A stretch of DNA of 64,000 bases from contig NC_058376.1 in the NCBI RefSeq assembly GCF_018350175.1, forward strand, positions 105,028,001 to 105,092,000, read 5' to 3'. Within the stretch, counting starts at the first letter, position 1. Each line of letters starts with the position of its first letter. Source of the stretch: Felis catus (Eukaryota). Below, piece after piece: positions 1 through 11,899 of the stretch. The notes beneath the pieces were generated by a model. It saw only the letters and a program-made list of their open reading frames with translations. It made no database searches and was not told where the DNA came from. The translations under genes and the position numbers were made by a program.

Positions 1-424
1 CATCCTGTTGTACTATGTTTGGAATCCATTTTAAATCTTTCTTATAATATAATGAAGAATAAATAAATATTTAAATAAAGTGCCTTCACTTCCCCTGCTC
101 TATTCCTTTTATTATGTCTAATAGACACCTGTTCCTCAGTTCTCTCTGCCTTTATTGTGCCAAAGTCTTAACAGACCAAGGCTATTCATGGGTATACTTA
201 GGATTTTGCAATCTAACAAAAATTTTAAAGATGCAGTCAAGTTGAAGAATGAGGAAATTTTAGCAAAAACCAAACCAATTTTTTCAGTGATTTTTACTGA
301 CTAAGAAACCCAGATTTTTGTGTAAACCAAATGGAAGATAGTCTTTTTTGGGAAGCAAAGGATTACACTTCTTTTGAAATATCCAGTATCTTATCTTAAG
401 CTAACCTGTTTTTTTTTTCTTAAT

Positions 425-727
425 TAAACATTTTATTTTGAGATAATTATAATTCACATGCTGTTGCAAGAATAATATGAGCAATCTTACGTACCTCTTG
501 TCCAATTTTCCCCAGTGGAAATATCTGGCAAAACTATAGAACAACATCACATCTAAGAAATTGATATCAATACAGTCAAGATACAGGACATTTCCATCAC
601 CATAAGGATTCCTCTGTTGCCCTTTTTGATTGCAGAAGGAAAGGAAGCGAACTTCCTTTCCTCCCAACCCCACCTATGACAACCATTAATCTTTTCTTCA
701 TTTCTACACTTTCGTCAATCCAAGAAT
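425..727 (-). mobile_element. Old L1 (L1MC-like) 3' end fragment
   Basis: T-rich start followed by L1M 3'UTR-like motifs such as 'caagatacaggacatttccatcacc'; family recalled from consensus. Confidence 0.7.
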
Positions 728-794
728 AGCTAATTTCTTTTGATGGCAAAAATGTTTATCACAGGTGACTATATGACATTTACCACCACTCTCT

Positions 795-972
795 CCCAAC
801 TTTGATCTATTATCTGCCCTTCTCTAATCTACTCTGTATCCAAGAAGGCTGATTATTGAGGACTATAGCCAGACTCTCTGGTTGTCTGGCTTCCAATTAG
901 AGTCAGTCATAAGAAGCACTGGCAGAAGATGGAAGGTGTGGGAGAAAAGAGATGTAAGAATATTCATTCCCT
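795..972. mobile_element. ERVL-class LTR fragment (LTR33-like)
   Basis: 'tctggcttccaattagagtcagtcataagaagcactggcagaagatggaagg...tattcattccc' resembles LTR33; heavily diverged. Confidence 0.5.
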
Positions 973-1509
973 TGTGCATACACCCTCCCCCCCTGTCTTA
1001 TGAGGGGAGGTAATGGTGAAGGAGGAGGGGAAAAGGAGGAGGGGAAGAAGAAGGAGAATATCCAGAAGAAGAAGAAGCACTACCAACGCCACCAGAGAGG
1101 AAAGTGCCCAGGTGAAGAAATGGAAAGAGACTTTGGCCAGTTGAGTTAGCTGCCTTTCAAGGGGTGGAACTATCTTAGACATTGAATTAATTAATCACTA
1201 ATGACCATGATGGACTGAAGATTAGAATTTGAGATTGAATTCTTTGATCTAATTCTTGATCTAGGTAAGAGTTAAGACTTAATTAGATTCAAAGCAAAAT
1301 GGAAAATCATGGGATTTCTTTTTTCTTAAAGTTTGTAGACCACAGTTCACACTCCCTCTCATTAATGGTTTGGTGCTCCTAGCCTTACTGCTGAATTACT
1401 CAATCCCAGAATCTACTAGTTTGCAGTTTAAAAGGCCTATGTTCTTCCTTCAGTGAATGAACTGTCATTGTCATGTCATGTCTACTTATGGATTATAGCC
1501 AAAGTTTAA

Positions 1510-1700
1510 TAAACAACTATGTATCAGGCTTGGGCTAAGCATTTTACATTCATTATTTTATCTGAGCCAACAATGTTGTGAGGTAGATATTTCCTAATTT
1601 GACAGAGAGGAAACCTTAAGTTCAGAGATCCTAAATAATTTGCCCAAGGACACACAACTCATAAGTGGAGGATATGGAATTCAAGTCTATCTTTTAATAA
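1510..1700 (-). mobile_element. MIR SINE
   Basis: Antisense MIR core 'gacagagaggaaacc...tttgcccaaggacacacaact'. Confidence 0.75.
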
Positions 1701-1799
1701 TTATGCCATATTGCCTCTCAATAAGGTGGACGTTTTCCACCTGGAAATGGAAAGAGGGGGCTGCTCCTTCCAATGATCTTGATTGTTCTTCCCTTCCCT

Positions 1800-2115
1800 C
1801 TTATCCTGGATAGCTCCTATACATTCTTGATTTCTAGTCAAGAGTCATATCTTCAGGGAGCCATCCCCATCTTCCTGCCCAGGAATACCCCTCATGAATG
1901 CTCTCATAGCACTCTGGATTTCTTGTTTGTTAACAGATGTCACCACCGAAATTTCTATTTGCTTGTGTGATTTTTTTGATCAATGTCTATCTTCTATTCT
2001 CTAGATTGTAAGCTGCATCAGAGAGGCCATGTTGCTCCATTATATCTCTAACACTTATAGCACGATGCCTAACATACAATGAGTGATCAACAAATTTTTA
2101 TTGATTGAATGAATC
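1800..2115 (+). mobile_element. L2 3' end
   Basis: 'ctagattgtaagct...gcctaacatacaatg...ttgattgaatgaat' matches the L2 terminus. Confidence 0.7.
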
Positions 2116-2134
2116 CTTTTATATTCATTTCATA

Positions 2135-2520
2135 GAATTGTAGGTTCTCAGAGTCAGAAGTCACTCCAACTGCTAACTATAGCATTCATCCATAAGAAGT
2201 CCTATGGCATCATTGTAACCAACTGGTCAACCAACTGTTCTTGAACCATCTTTAGATCACTTTGACTACTAGTGCCAGTCATTGTTCAGGAGAGCATACT
2301 AATGACCTCCAGTGCTATCTATCCCCTCCACCCCCCAAAAAGAAAGCTTCACCCAAGTCACCCAAGTCTTCTCTTCTTCAGGCTGCATGTATCCATTGCC
2401 TTAGACTATTCTCATATCATCAGTCTGTCCACATTCTTCTGAATCTGTGTTTCTCATGCTTAGTACTTTCATGCTTAGTTCAGATGGCGATCTGAACTTT
2501 AGATATGGTCTGACCAGATT
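2135..2520 (-). mobile_element. L3/CR1-like fragment
   Basis: Degenerate similarity to antisense CR1 3' region ('gtcttctcttcttcaggctg', 'agatatggtctgaccag'). Confidence 0.4.
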
Positions 2521-3769
2521 TAAACTAAGATTATGCTAACTGAATCTCATCTCTGACTGATATAGAGTATGAAGGAAACCTCACTTTCCATTTAAAATAT
2601 GTGTAATGGAGGTAATTATTTAATCACTACCTAGTGTTTCCCAACTACCTGTGCTGGGCCTCTCTCTTCCATGCCACTCTATTCCCCTTGCTTCACTGGA
2701 AGCCAAGGATTCTCATGCACCCTACTTAAGGGGCAGATAGAAGGCTCATGGGTATCTTGGACAATCAAAAAATTGGACTTATTGACATGAGGAAGTAAGA
2801 TGGAATTCAGAAAAGTATTTGGATACAAGTGAATGTTCTTAGGCTGGACAAACCCCAGGGGGCATGAAAATACCTGTTGACAGAAGGAATGGCAAACTAG
2901 CTCTTCTGCCTCGCCTCATGCAATGCTCTTTAAAGTGGTAGTTAGTGATCTCAGCTTCCTCCTGGTACTGGGCTCCAAAAGTGCTGGGTAGTCTTCTGAT
3001 GTTGACCATCCTCACCTCCATCAGCTTCTTCATGCTGTACTTTGTAGGTACCCCATGAAGGTCAGGTCTTTTTCTCTTTCAATCCCTGACCTCAAGTGTT
3101 GTCCTATCTCTGTATTTGTTGGTCTTCCTTAGGAGTGGGGGCTGGTGGCTTGGCCCTTCAGCTAATCTCTTTCTATTTTTATGTCACGATCTCTGGGCTC
3201 CTTCAAGATATCCCTTTGATTTTCCTCAAAAGTCTGCTTCAGACTCACAAAACTGAACATGTACTGTCCGTCTCTTTTATTCTCAATCTAATCATTCTAC
3301 TCTCTTTGAGACATTGTGGTCACATAAAAGGAAGTTGGAAAAAGAAAAGCAAAAATTAATTTTTAAAAATATTATCTTGTTACAATTGTATTGCTACTAA
3401 GCCCTATCTGTACTTGCGCCATTGATTCTTTTGGCCTCGAGACCAGGATCCAACTACTTTTAAATGGAGGTCTTTTTGGTGCTGAAGAAAGAGATTCTTT
3501 TCTGTAAAGGAAAACCTATTTTAATTTCCAACAGAATTGCCTAATACAAAAAGAAACCAATCTTTTATTTTAAAAATGTTTATTCATTCAAGAAATATTT
3601 ATTAAGTTATTGCTGGATGCCAGGAAGTTTGCTTTTCCATTTCCATTATTTAAAGAAAGAAGAGGTAACTGGGAATCACAGGAATCAATATACTGGTTGG
3701 TCATAAATAAGATACTCTCTTTTCTAATAAACTAACATTCTAGTCTGGTTTTATGGATATTGATATGTT

Positions 3770-4080
3770 CATTCACTCAGTTGTTCATTTGACATGTTTT
3801 CTGAGCCCCAGCTCAACATTTGGCACTAAACACAGGAAAGACACAGCACCTGCACTCACTGTTTAGTAGACAGTTAAGCAGACAAAACAATAATTACTTT
3901 AGCGTATATTTAAAGTTATTTGAAGGCCTTGAGAGAGTCATTGATGACTTTCCAGAGGAGGAGAAGCTTGGGCTTCACTTGTAGGGATGAGTGGGAGCTT
4001 AAGAATGTAAGGAAACGTGGAAGGGACACTCTAGAACATACAAAACGCAGAAGCAAGAGAAGCAGGCCTATGTTTGGAGA
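3770..4080 (-). mobile_element. L2 3' fragment
   Basis: 'attcactcag...catgttttctgagc' tail followed by antisense L2-like body. Confidence 0.5.
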
Positions 4081-5750
4081 GTGACAAATTACACAGATTT
4101 AGGCCAAGTAGAATGGCTTTTGTCCAAATACACTTCAACACGCAAGAAAAAACTCAAGTTCTCTGAATTCCTGTGTTCCCTCTTTCTTGAGAGTAAGAGC
4201 TTGACTATGTAAGTGGAAGCCATTCAAATATTTGCTGGTATGGATGAACTATGTTATGCTGAGAGATACTGGTGCACTGATATTTCAGAGCACTGGAAAG
4301 TAGAGAAGTAGGGGTTGGCTCCAGTAAAGACTGGGGATCCCATTTCCATAAAATATTGTGGAAGGTCTTGTTGTAGGACTTCTAGTTCAATTCTGCAGGG
4401 TTTTTTGTGACATAATTTACCTATATCTCTCTGGTGGGTCAGCTACAAATCTTGGGCAAAATCCATTTTAGGCTCTTGGCAAACACCACCTACTGTCAAG
4501 CTTTAACTCAGCTCTTCCTCTACCAGTGTTCTTAGGTTAATAAGGGAGAAATGATTTTGGAAAGAGAACATTTATAGAAGAAAATTTGAAAATAATTTTC
4601 TTCAATGCACGTGGTTAATGGAATAAGATTTTTCATCCAACCTATAAGCACTCTGCTAATCTATAATCTAATAATAATTATAATCTAATAATCTAATCTT
4701 TAAGGAACTCTATTTGATATTGCAGCTCAAGTTCTTGATTCACCTGGTTCTTTTTGGCTAATCCTCCTTCGCCCCTCCAGGCCGAGCAGAAAGGTACTAC
4801 ACTGGCTGAATTAAGATCATAGTTACGAATTCAGCTCAAGGTCCCAAACAATAGCCTCCTTTATGCCTCAAGTACTCAGAGAATGACAAACAGAGAAAGA
4901 ATAAATGCATATACTCTGTCAATTATACTGACAATTGCTTAAGGAAGAATTGTCATTTCTATAAATGGTAATGTAAGAAAAATTACATCATTGACTGCTT
5001 TTAACTGATAACTCTACTGGTTTCAAAAGGTCATCACAAACTCTTGCTACACTTTGGTTTTAAAAATAATCTTTTTATTGAAAATGTGAAAAATATATGA
5101 GAATATTAAATATTTATGGAAAATACATTTTTACAGTTTTGAAATGTATAAACCATGTATAATAAAGTTTGTATAGTTGAACCTTGGAAAATTAAGTGCA
5201 AGAATGCAATTGCACTTCCAGTGTCAAATGCTGTACTCATTTTCTGAAATTTTCAATCAGAAACTAACATCAGATTCTAATTTCACCTGCCAGGAGGAAT
5301 CCAAGCAAGTTATTTTCAGGGTGCATTTTTTTCCTGCCACAATTCAGTTTAGCTTTGCTTTTGGTGGCTGGCTTTTTCAGATATAGAGAGCTCTGTACCA
5401 CAGATTTGAAGTTAGGGCATGACTGTTTGGGCAATAACCTTACAGATGTTCTCTGCTTAACAGCAAGTATTTTTTTGCTTACTCATGTACGGCACTCACA
5501 AGTTATTTGCTGAAAAGATCTCAAAACATTATAAATGTGTAGGTTTGCCATTGTAAACAAACATCAGTTCAGAAGCTGCTCTTTTATAGAGTAATCTGGT
5601 CACTGTAGATTGTATATTTAGTGCCTTTTTATTTTAACCAAAGAAATCTCAAGATCACTCCTTGCTGCCCTAGGGTCTCCTGCAGCCTTATTAATGAAGG
5701 TGTATGGGCTTTTGTGTCTATTAAAATAATTATGTTTAAAATGTTGTCTT

Positions 5751-5937
5751 GGGGTGCCTGGGTGGCTCAAGTCATGATCTCACAGCAGGTGAGCTCAAGT
5801 CCCCGCATGGGGCTCTGTGCTGATAGCTCAGAGCCTGGAGCCTGTTTTGGATTCTGTCTCTCCTTTTCTCTCTGCCCCTCCCCCCGCTCATGCTCTGTCT
5901 CTCTTTGAAAAATAAATAAACATTAAAAACAAAAAAA
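5751..5937 (+). mobile_element. CAN-SINE (SINEC_Fc-type) with internal deletion
   Basis: GGGGTGCCTGGGTGGCTCA head, CT-rich tract, AATAAA/A tail; perfect 15-bp TSD TTAAAATGTTGTCTT at 5736-5750 and 5938-5952. Confidence 0.95.
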
Positions 5938-6172
5938 TTAAAATGTTGTCTTTAGATACAAAGAAGTATCAAGACAGTTTGTAACTGCTGTGATGGTGGT
6001 CATTGGTTATTCAGAAAACCACCTTGTTTGTGATTATTTGGTATAGGACAAGGGTAACAGGCTTCCATCCCTACAGCAGCCAGGCAGATAGCCCAAGTGT
6101 CTGAGGCAGGCTATGTATAGCCTAAGGCCACCTGAGGAGCACATACTCCTTCTAAAGAGAGCAGGGTTTCTT

Positions 6173-6412
6173 AAAAAAATCTTTTTTAATGTTTATTCAT
6201 TTTCTGAGTGGGGGGAGGGAGAGAGAGAGAGAGAGAGAGAGTGTGTGCATGCAAACAGGGATGAAGCAGAGAGATAGTGAGACAATGCAAAGCAGGCTCC
6301 AGGCTCAGAGCTGTCAGCACAGAGCCTTACGTGGGGCTCGGCCTCACAGACTGTGAGATCATGACCTGAGCTGAAGTCAGAGGCTTAACTGAATGAGCCA
6401 CCTAGGCACCCC
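6173..6412 (-). mobile_element. CAN-SINE (SINEC_Fc-type)
   Basis: Antisense SINE with (GA)n; TSD AAGAGAGCAGGG(T/C)TTCTT at 6155-6172 and 6413-6430. Confidence 0.95.
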
Positions 6413-6546
6413 AAGAGAGCAGGGCTTCTTAATTCTGATTGGTTGCAGCCATACAGGAGAGTGGGTCCAAAATGCTGTACTTTCTGTATTTGATGACTCT
6501 TCCAGATAACCCCAAACTCACACTTCTATTTAACATCTCTGGATTA

Positions 6547-6743
6547 GGGGCACCTGTGTGGCTCAGTCAGTGAAACATCTGACTCTTGATTTTGGCTCAG
6601 GCCATGATCTCATGGTTTGTGAGTTCCAGCCCTGTGTCTGGCTTTGTGCTAACAGCACAGATCCTGCTTGGGTTTCTGTCTCTCCCTCTCTCTCTGCCCA
6701 TCCCCTGCTCTCTCTCTTTCAAAATAAATAAACATTAAAAGAA
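6547..6743 (+). mobile_element. CAN-SINE (variant with CTTGATTTT in the head)
   Basis: tRNA-like head, CT tract, A tail; TSD ATCTCTGGATTA on both sides. Confidence 0.95.
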
Positions 6744-7442
6744 ATCTCTGGATTAAAGTTAAAATGCCATGTGGGCCAAATGTCTGCAGGCTACTGGTGC
6801 TCAACCTCTAGTACAAAACTATATTAATTCTTGCTTTGTTTATTAACCAGACTAGGATTCCCTTTACTATGGACCATGTCTTACCAATTTCGGCTTCCCC
6901 AAAAGTCTAGAACAGTGCCCAGCACATAGTAGAGGCCCAAATATTTGTTATTAGACTGAACTAAGCTCTGGATAAATGAGGCCCTTTTAGAGCTGGACAA
7001 AGTTAGGAAATCTAGACATTTTGAAAAGTTAAACATTCATTATAAACTGTGTCTATTCCAGGCAGAGTGTTCCTATTAGTGATTTGCAGGCTTTAAAGCT
7101 TATTTCTTTTTTCGTATTTTGTCAAGAGAAGATTAGGTTTGGCTGTATGTACTTCTGTGAAAAAAAGAGATGGACAGAGAGTCTTAAGTAATTTATATAA
7201 GATAGTGAAAGGACAAAGTATTAAGTAAAATATCATTATTATTTTCACTACTATTAATTTCTTTTGATATTAGAAATATTATGACTGAATTAAAAATTAC
7301 TTTATTCAATATTTACTCACAAAGTGAGAACTGAGGAAAGCTCCTGTTGTGTTTCTGAAAACTGTGGTGATGAACCCATGATTCAGGAACACTGGCCAAT
7401 CGCACTACAATTACCACTGCGGATTTCAGCTTAGCTAGGGAA

Positions 7443-7555
7443 TTTTTTTTAAGATTTTATGTTTTTAAAGTAATGTCTATACCCAACATGGGGCTCGAAC
7501 TCACAACTCAGAGACTGAGTCATATTCTCTACCATCTGAGTCAGCCAAGAACCCC
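7443..7555 (-). mobile_element. Short tRNA-derived carnivore SINE without CT tract
   Basis: Minus strand reads '...GACTCAGATGGTAGAG...GAGTTCGAGCCCCATGTTGGGTATAGACATTACTTT...'; flanked by CTAGGGAA direct repeats. Confidence 0.85.
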
Positions 7556-8339
7556 TAGGGAAATAATTTTTATAGTTTTCTTTTTATTACCACACGTAGA
7601 TAAACTCTCTCAAGCCTATGTATTATTCAAAGTCATAATTGATGATTCCCCAACTAAGACTTACAGGAAATTTGTCAGAATTTTGCAGTGGTCCCAACAT
7701 TTACCCCGACGCACCTCAAGGTATGGATTTGGACTGGGGTAAGTACTGTTATTGCCATCAGCCACATTATACAGATGAGTAAGTTGAGGTTGAGATATGA
7801 TAAGCTTCAGAGCTAGTAATCACCACACCATTCTGACTTTCATACTGCCTGAAATCTTCCTAATTTCCCCATTACTCTTTCCCCTGTGCTGCTGTATGTA
7901 AACAGTTTACATAAGAAAATAGAATTGAAGGCAAAAAAGATCAACAAGGAGTAAGATGGCCCCTACATAGCCCCGAAAATATAAGAAACATTACAATAAA
8001 AATGGACAAAGTCACAATCATAACTGCCCATTTTTAAATATATATAAGAAAATGATAACACTGTACATTAATTATACTTGAGTTTAAAAAATAAATTAAA
8101 AAGAAAATGACAGGTCACATAGAAAATATCTAGAACCCTGTATGTAGAAAATATGCCTCTTTTTAAATATTTGACATGTATTAAATTACATAGGAAAATG
8201 GAAGTTTAAATTCTTATAGAATGGGAAATCTAAGACCATTTTCTCCAGTGATAGAATAATCAAGTATCAAGTTATCAGTTAAAATCTTTTATTTAAATGT
8301 TTAAAATCACATTCAAAACACTCATGGTTCTAAAAAGAT

Positions 8340-8465
8340 ACATGGCTGATAGTGGGGGAAGGTTACATGCGTATGGGGCCAGGAGGGAAACAGAAACTCC
8401 ACTCTACACAGTTTTGCACGTACCTACAACTGCTCTAAAAAGTTCTATTAATGTTTTTAAAAAAA
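8340..8465 (+). mobile_element. Old L1 (L1MA/MB-like) 3' end within decayed L1M sequence
   Basis: 'gatagtgggggaagg...acctacaactgctctaaaaag' L1M 3' terminus motif. Confidence 0.55.
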
Positions 8466-8619
8466 GATACACACACACATACTCTTACAATGAAAATGAC
8501 AAAAAATGTTTATAGTTTAGTGACAGTGAAAGTTTATCTACAATTAAAAAGGGGAAAAATCTGTAATTTCTTCTCTAGGTAGACATGACCACTCTACAAA
8601 GTCTGATTTATATCCTAGA

Positions 8620-8850
8620 TATATCAAATGTTTACTCTGCCAGGTCTTGTGCTTAACATTACTCTATTTAATTCTTGTAGCATCTCCATGAGATATCTCT
8701 ATCTCTGTGAGATAGGGACTATTTGGTACAGGACAAGGGTCATATCCTTATTTTGAATGAGGAAATTGAGTCTCAGAAAGATTAGTTTGCTCAAGGTCTA
8801 ACAGTGGAAAGTAGCCTTGCATTAAAATTTAGGTCTTCTGATTATCATAC
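8620..8850 (-). mobile_element. MIR SINE
   Basis: 'atgaggaaattgagtctcagaaag...ttgctcaaggtc' antisense core. Confidence 0.75.
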
Positions 8851-8900
8851 CATTTCATACCATACAGACTGCCTATAACCTGCTTTTTTCTCCCTTTTAA

Positions 8901-9126
8901 AAAAAAATTTTTTTTTCAATGTTTTTATTTTATTTATTTTTGGGACAGAGAGAGACAGAGCATGAACGGGGGAGGGGCAGAGAGAGAGGGAGACACAGAA
9001 TCGGAAACAGGCTCCAGGCTCTGAGCCATCAGCCCAGAGCCTGACGCAGGGCTCGAACTCACGGACCGAGAGATCGTGACCTGGCTGAAGTCGGACGCCT
9101 AACCGACTGCGCCACACAGGCGCCCC
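8901..9126 (-). mobile_element. Young CAN-SINE (SINEC_Fc-type)
   Basis: Near-intact, many CpGs retained; TSD CTTTTT(T/A)CTCCCTTTTAA. Confidence 0.97.
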
Positions 9127-9239
9127 TTTTTACTCCCTTTTAATTTACTCTTCTGTCTCAGTACTGCACCTTTTTCAGTGAATGTCTAGTGTTTCCACCA
9201 TTATAAACGAGAGCAATGGACACCCACATGAATACACTT

Positions 9240-9560
9240 ATACTCTCTTATTCAATTATTTGCTTGAAATGACCAGATGTTGTATTATTACAACAATTAC
9301 TTCTTTTAAAATCAGTATCTATTAAATATATTATATTCTATAATCCACATCCCCTTATTTTGTTGGAGAAACTGGATCATTTGTGGTTGGAGAAACTGGA
9401 TCACTTGTCCTATAAAATATTCTATATTCAGGATTTGCCTGATTACTCTCTTGTGGTATCATTTAACTTTTTCCCTAATGCTGTCTACTTGCTATTTATT
9501 AATTAATGTAGAGTTTTGATTAGATTCAGATTCATTTTTTAAGCAAGAATACTTTATAAG
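9240..9560 (-). mobile_element. Old L1M 3' fragment
   Basis: 'gaaactggatca...ttgtcctataaaatattc...caggatttgcctgatt' resembles antisense L1MC/MD 3'UTR. Confidence 0.5.
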
Positions 9561-10289
9561 AGCCAACTGCTTCTTTCTGATGAATGCAAGCCACTTACTT
9601 CTGACATTTTAATATCATCTTTCATTAAGATTGAAAACTTTCTAAAGAGTGGGCATGGTTATGTCTGGGCTCTTCACCATGTGAAATGAGATGGCCTGGC
9701 ATTATAGAACACTGGGCCAACAGCACTTGTTTTTATATACCAGGCATATGAGATTTCTCTCTGCCTAGTACATCTTATCCACCTCTTCTTTTTTTCTTTG
9801 ACCAATTTGGAAAGCCTCTCTAGTGTGCCTTTCAAGAGCCACTGAGAGAAGCTCCAGCACAAACTGCTTGCCACCGTTTCCTGAGGACCATTTCCATTGT
9901 CTTCTAGATATTTTCACTCTATTTCCTTCTGCCACCACTAGATACCATTTGAAGGAGAATTTCCACATAACCCTGTTATACCTGGCCTTAGTGATGAAGC
10001 CCCGGAGAGAATTCTGCAAGATTCTACTGGCTACCATTGTCACTATTCATTTTCCCACGTCCAACCTTGCCTCTCTCCCCTTGGACATGAAACTTTGTGC
10101 AGTCTTACAATCACAATTCGAGCAGTACTCCAGTCTAATTTTGGTTCTCACTTCCTTGTTTATCTTTCAAGACTGCATTTAGGTGTATAAACACCCTGAT
10201 GGCTCCATTAAACTCTCCTCGACTAGTGCTACCTGCTTATATTGGGCTCATGCCAACCCTCAGAGTGGGACCTAGCCAGAAATCCAGAT

Positions 10290-10512
10290 ATAACATAGTG
10301 GTTAAGAGCCCAGGCTCTGGAGGCAGGCAGACCTAGGGTTGATATCGAGCTATAGCACTTCCTAGCTATCAATTTACCCACATATACAAATACAAGTTTC
10401 TGTAAAATGATGTTAATATTTGCTATATAGGGTTGTTGTGAAGATCCAATGAGACAGAGCGAAATGCCTAGGCCAATGCCTGGCCCATGGTAAATGCCCA
10501 AAGAATGGAAGC
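10290..10512 (+). mobile_element. MIR SINE, near full length
   Basis: 'catagtggttaagagcccaggctctggag...tagggttgttgtgaagat...gcctggcccatggtaaatgc'. Confidence 0.85.
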
Positions 10513-10714
10513 ATTGTTTTTAGTGTTATCATATTCCCATATTCATGCTAGGTCTCTAGCCCTTTAGTTCCACTGGGCATGGAGACATAGTTAGGATGTC
10601 AAAAATTAGTATTTAATAGAGAACAGATACAATAAAATACTGAAACAAAGTCAAGTCTAATGAAGCCTACATAGTTTAAAGTAATACAATATTCCTGAGG
10701 ATAGAATAACGCAA

Positions 10715-10900
10715 TTATAGAGCTGGAAGGGGTTTTAGGGGTAACCAAATCCGATCCCTCACTTAACAGATGAGACAACTGAGGCCCAGACAGTTTGAAC
10801 AATCTTTGGTCTTCTTCAAGTTCCTCTACCAACTGAGCAGGTGCATTGCAATACAAACCCATGTCTGACTTTGGCCAGATTGTTTTCCTCCACAATGCAC
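10715..10900 (-). mobile_element. MIR/MIR3-type SINE
   Basis: 'agagctggaaggg...cagatgagacaactgaggcccaga'. Confidence 0.7.
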
Positions 10901-11734
10901 TCACTTGGTAATGACATACTCCATTACCTTTTGGCTTTGTACTAGTGACTGGGATTATGATGCAAAAAAAAAAAAAGGAAAAAAAATCTCTGAGGTGTAT
11001 GTATCTCCTACGTTTTCCAATGAAATGAAAGAATTAAGAGAAAAAAGAGACACACTTAAAAAGTGGGGGCATATTCTTTGAACAGTTCAGTTGATATCCA
11101 TTACCATTGCTGGCAGGCACTGTTTGGTTCCAGAGAATGTATTTCTACATTTAAATGTTATATTCAATAAAAGAACAAAAAGATTCAAAGACATCCCTTT
11201 GAAAATAATTATAAAATTACCATGACAATACACCAGAGGAGTTTTGTTGTTTACCCACATTTAAGCTCTGTGAGGGGAACAAGTGGAAAATGGAAAGCAA
11301 ACCACCATGACAGCCCATTGCTGAAAGCAGAATCCCGTGGTGCCAAATGTGCAGTTTAAAGGTTGCTCGTGTTTGTTTCTCTTTAACTATCTCTTTAATC
11401 TCTTTGTCTCTTGCTAATTATTATGCATAGACAAATATGATTATCAAATTTTAATTGCACTGTCATAGACACCATACAAATGATGATAATAAAATAGCAT
11501 TTGCAATCTGCTTTGGACTGTAACTGTGCCTTAATTTGTTCAAATGCAATGCATTTCATTTGTCTTCAAAGTAGTTATTATTCTATCCAACTTTTTTTGG
11601 GGGGGGGGATTTTCCGTTCCAATAGTGTTTTTATAAAAACTTGGTTGAGGAATACCAATACCATAACAATTTGTATCTTTAATATTTTATATTCGGCGTT
11701 TTTTCAAAGTAGACTTGATTGTATTTCACACTGC

Positions 11735-11860
11735 TTATTCATTTGTTCAACAAAATTATCCAAGCACCTACTCTGTTCCAGACATAGTTAATATTAGATC
11801 CTGTGGATGCAGAGGTAAATAATGTATGGCCCTTGCCTTATTAGATCTACAGCCTATGGG
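11735..11860 (-). mobile_element. L2 3' end
   Basis: 'ttattcatttgttcaacaaa...aagcacctactctgttccagaca'. Confidence 0.7.
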
Positions 11861-11899
11861 ATCATATGGACCCTCTTGGCCTTAATTACAGTCTATATA

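Larger units (their letters stand above)
6049..6810 (+). mobile_element. hAT-Charlie DNA transposon (MER102-like), interrupted by two SINEs
   Basis: Start 'caagggtaacagg...cctacagcagccaggcag', middle 'gagcacatactccttctaaagagagcag', end 'gtgggccaaatgtctgcagg...caacctcta' follow the recalled MER102 consensus. Confidence 0.6.
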
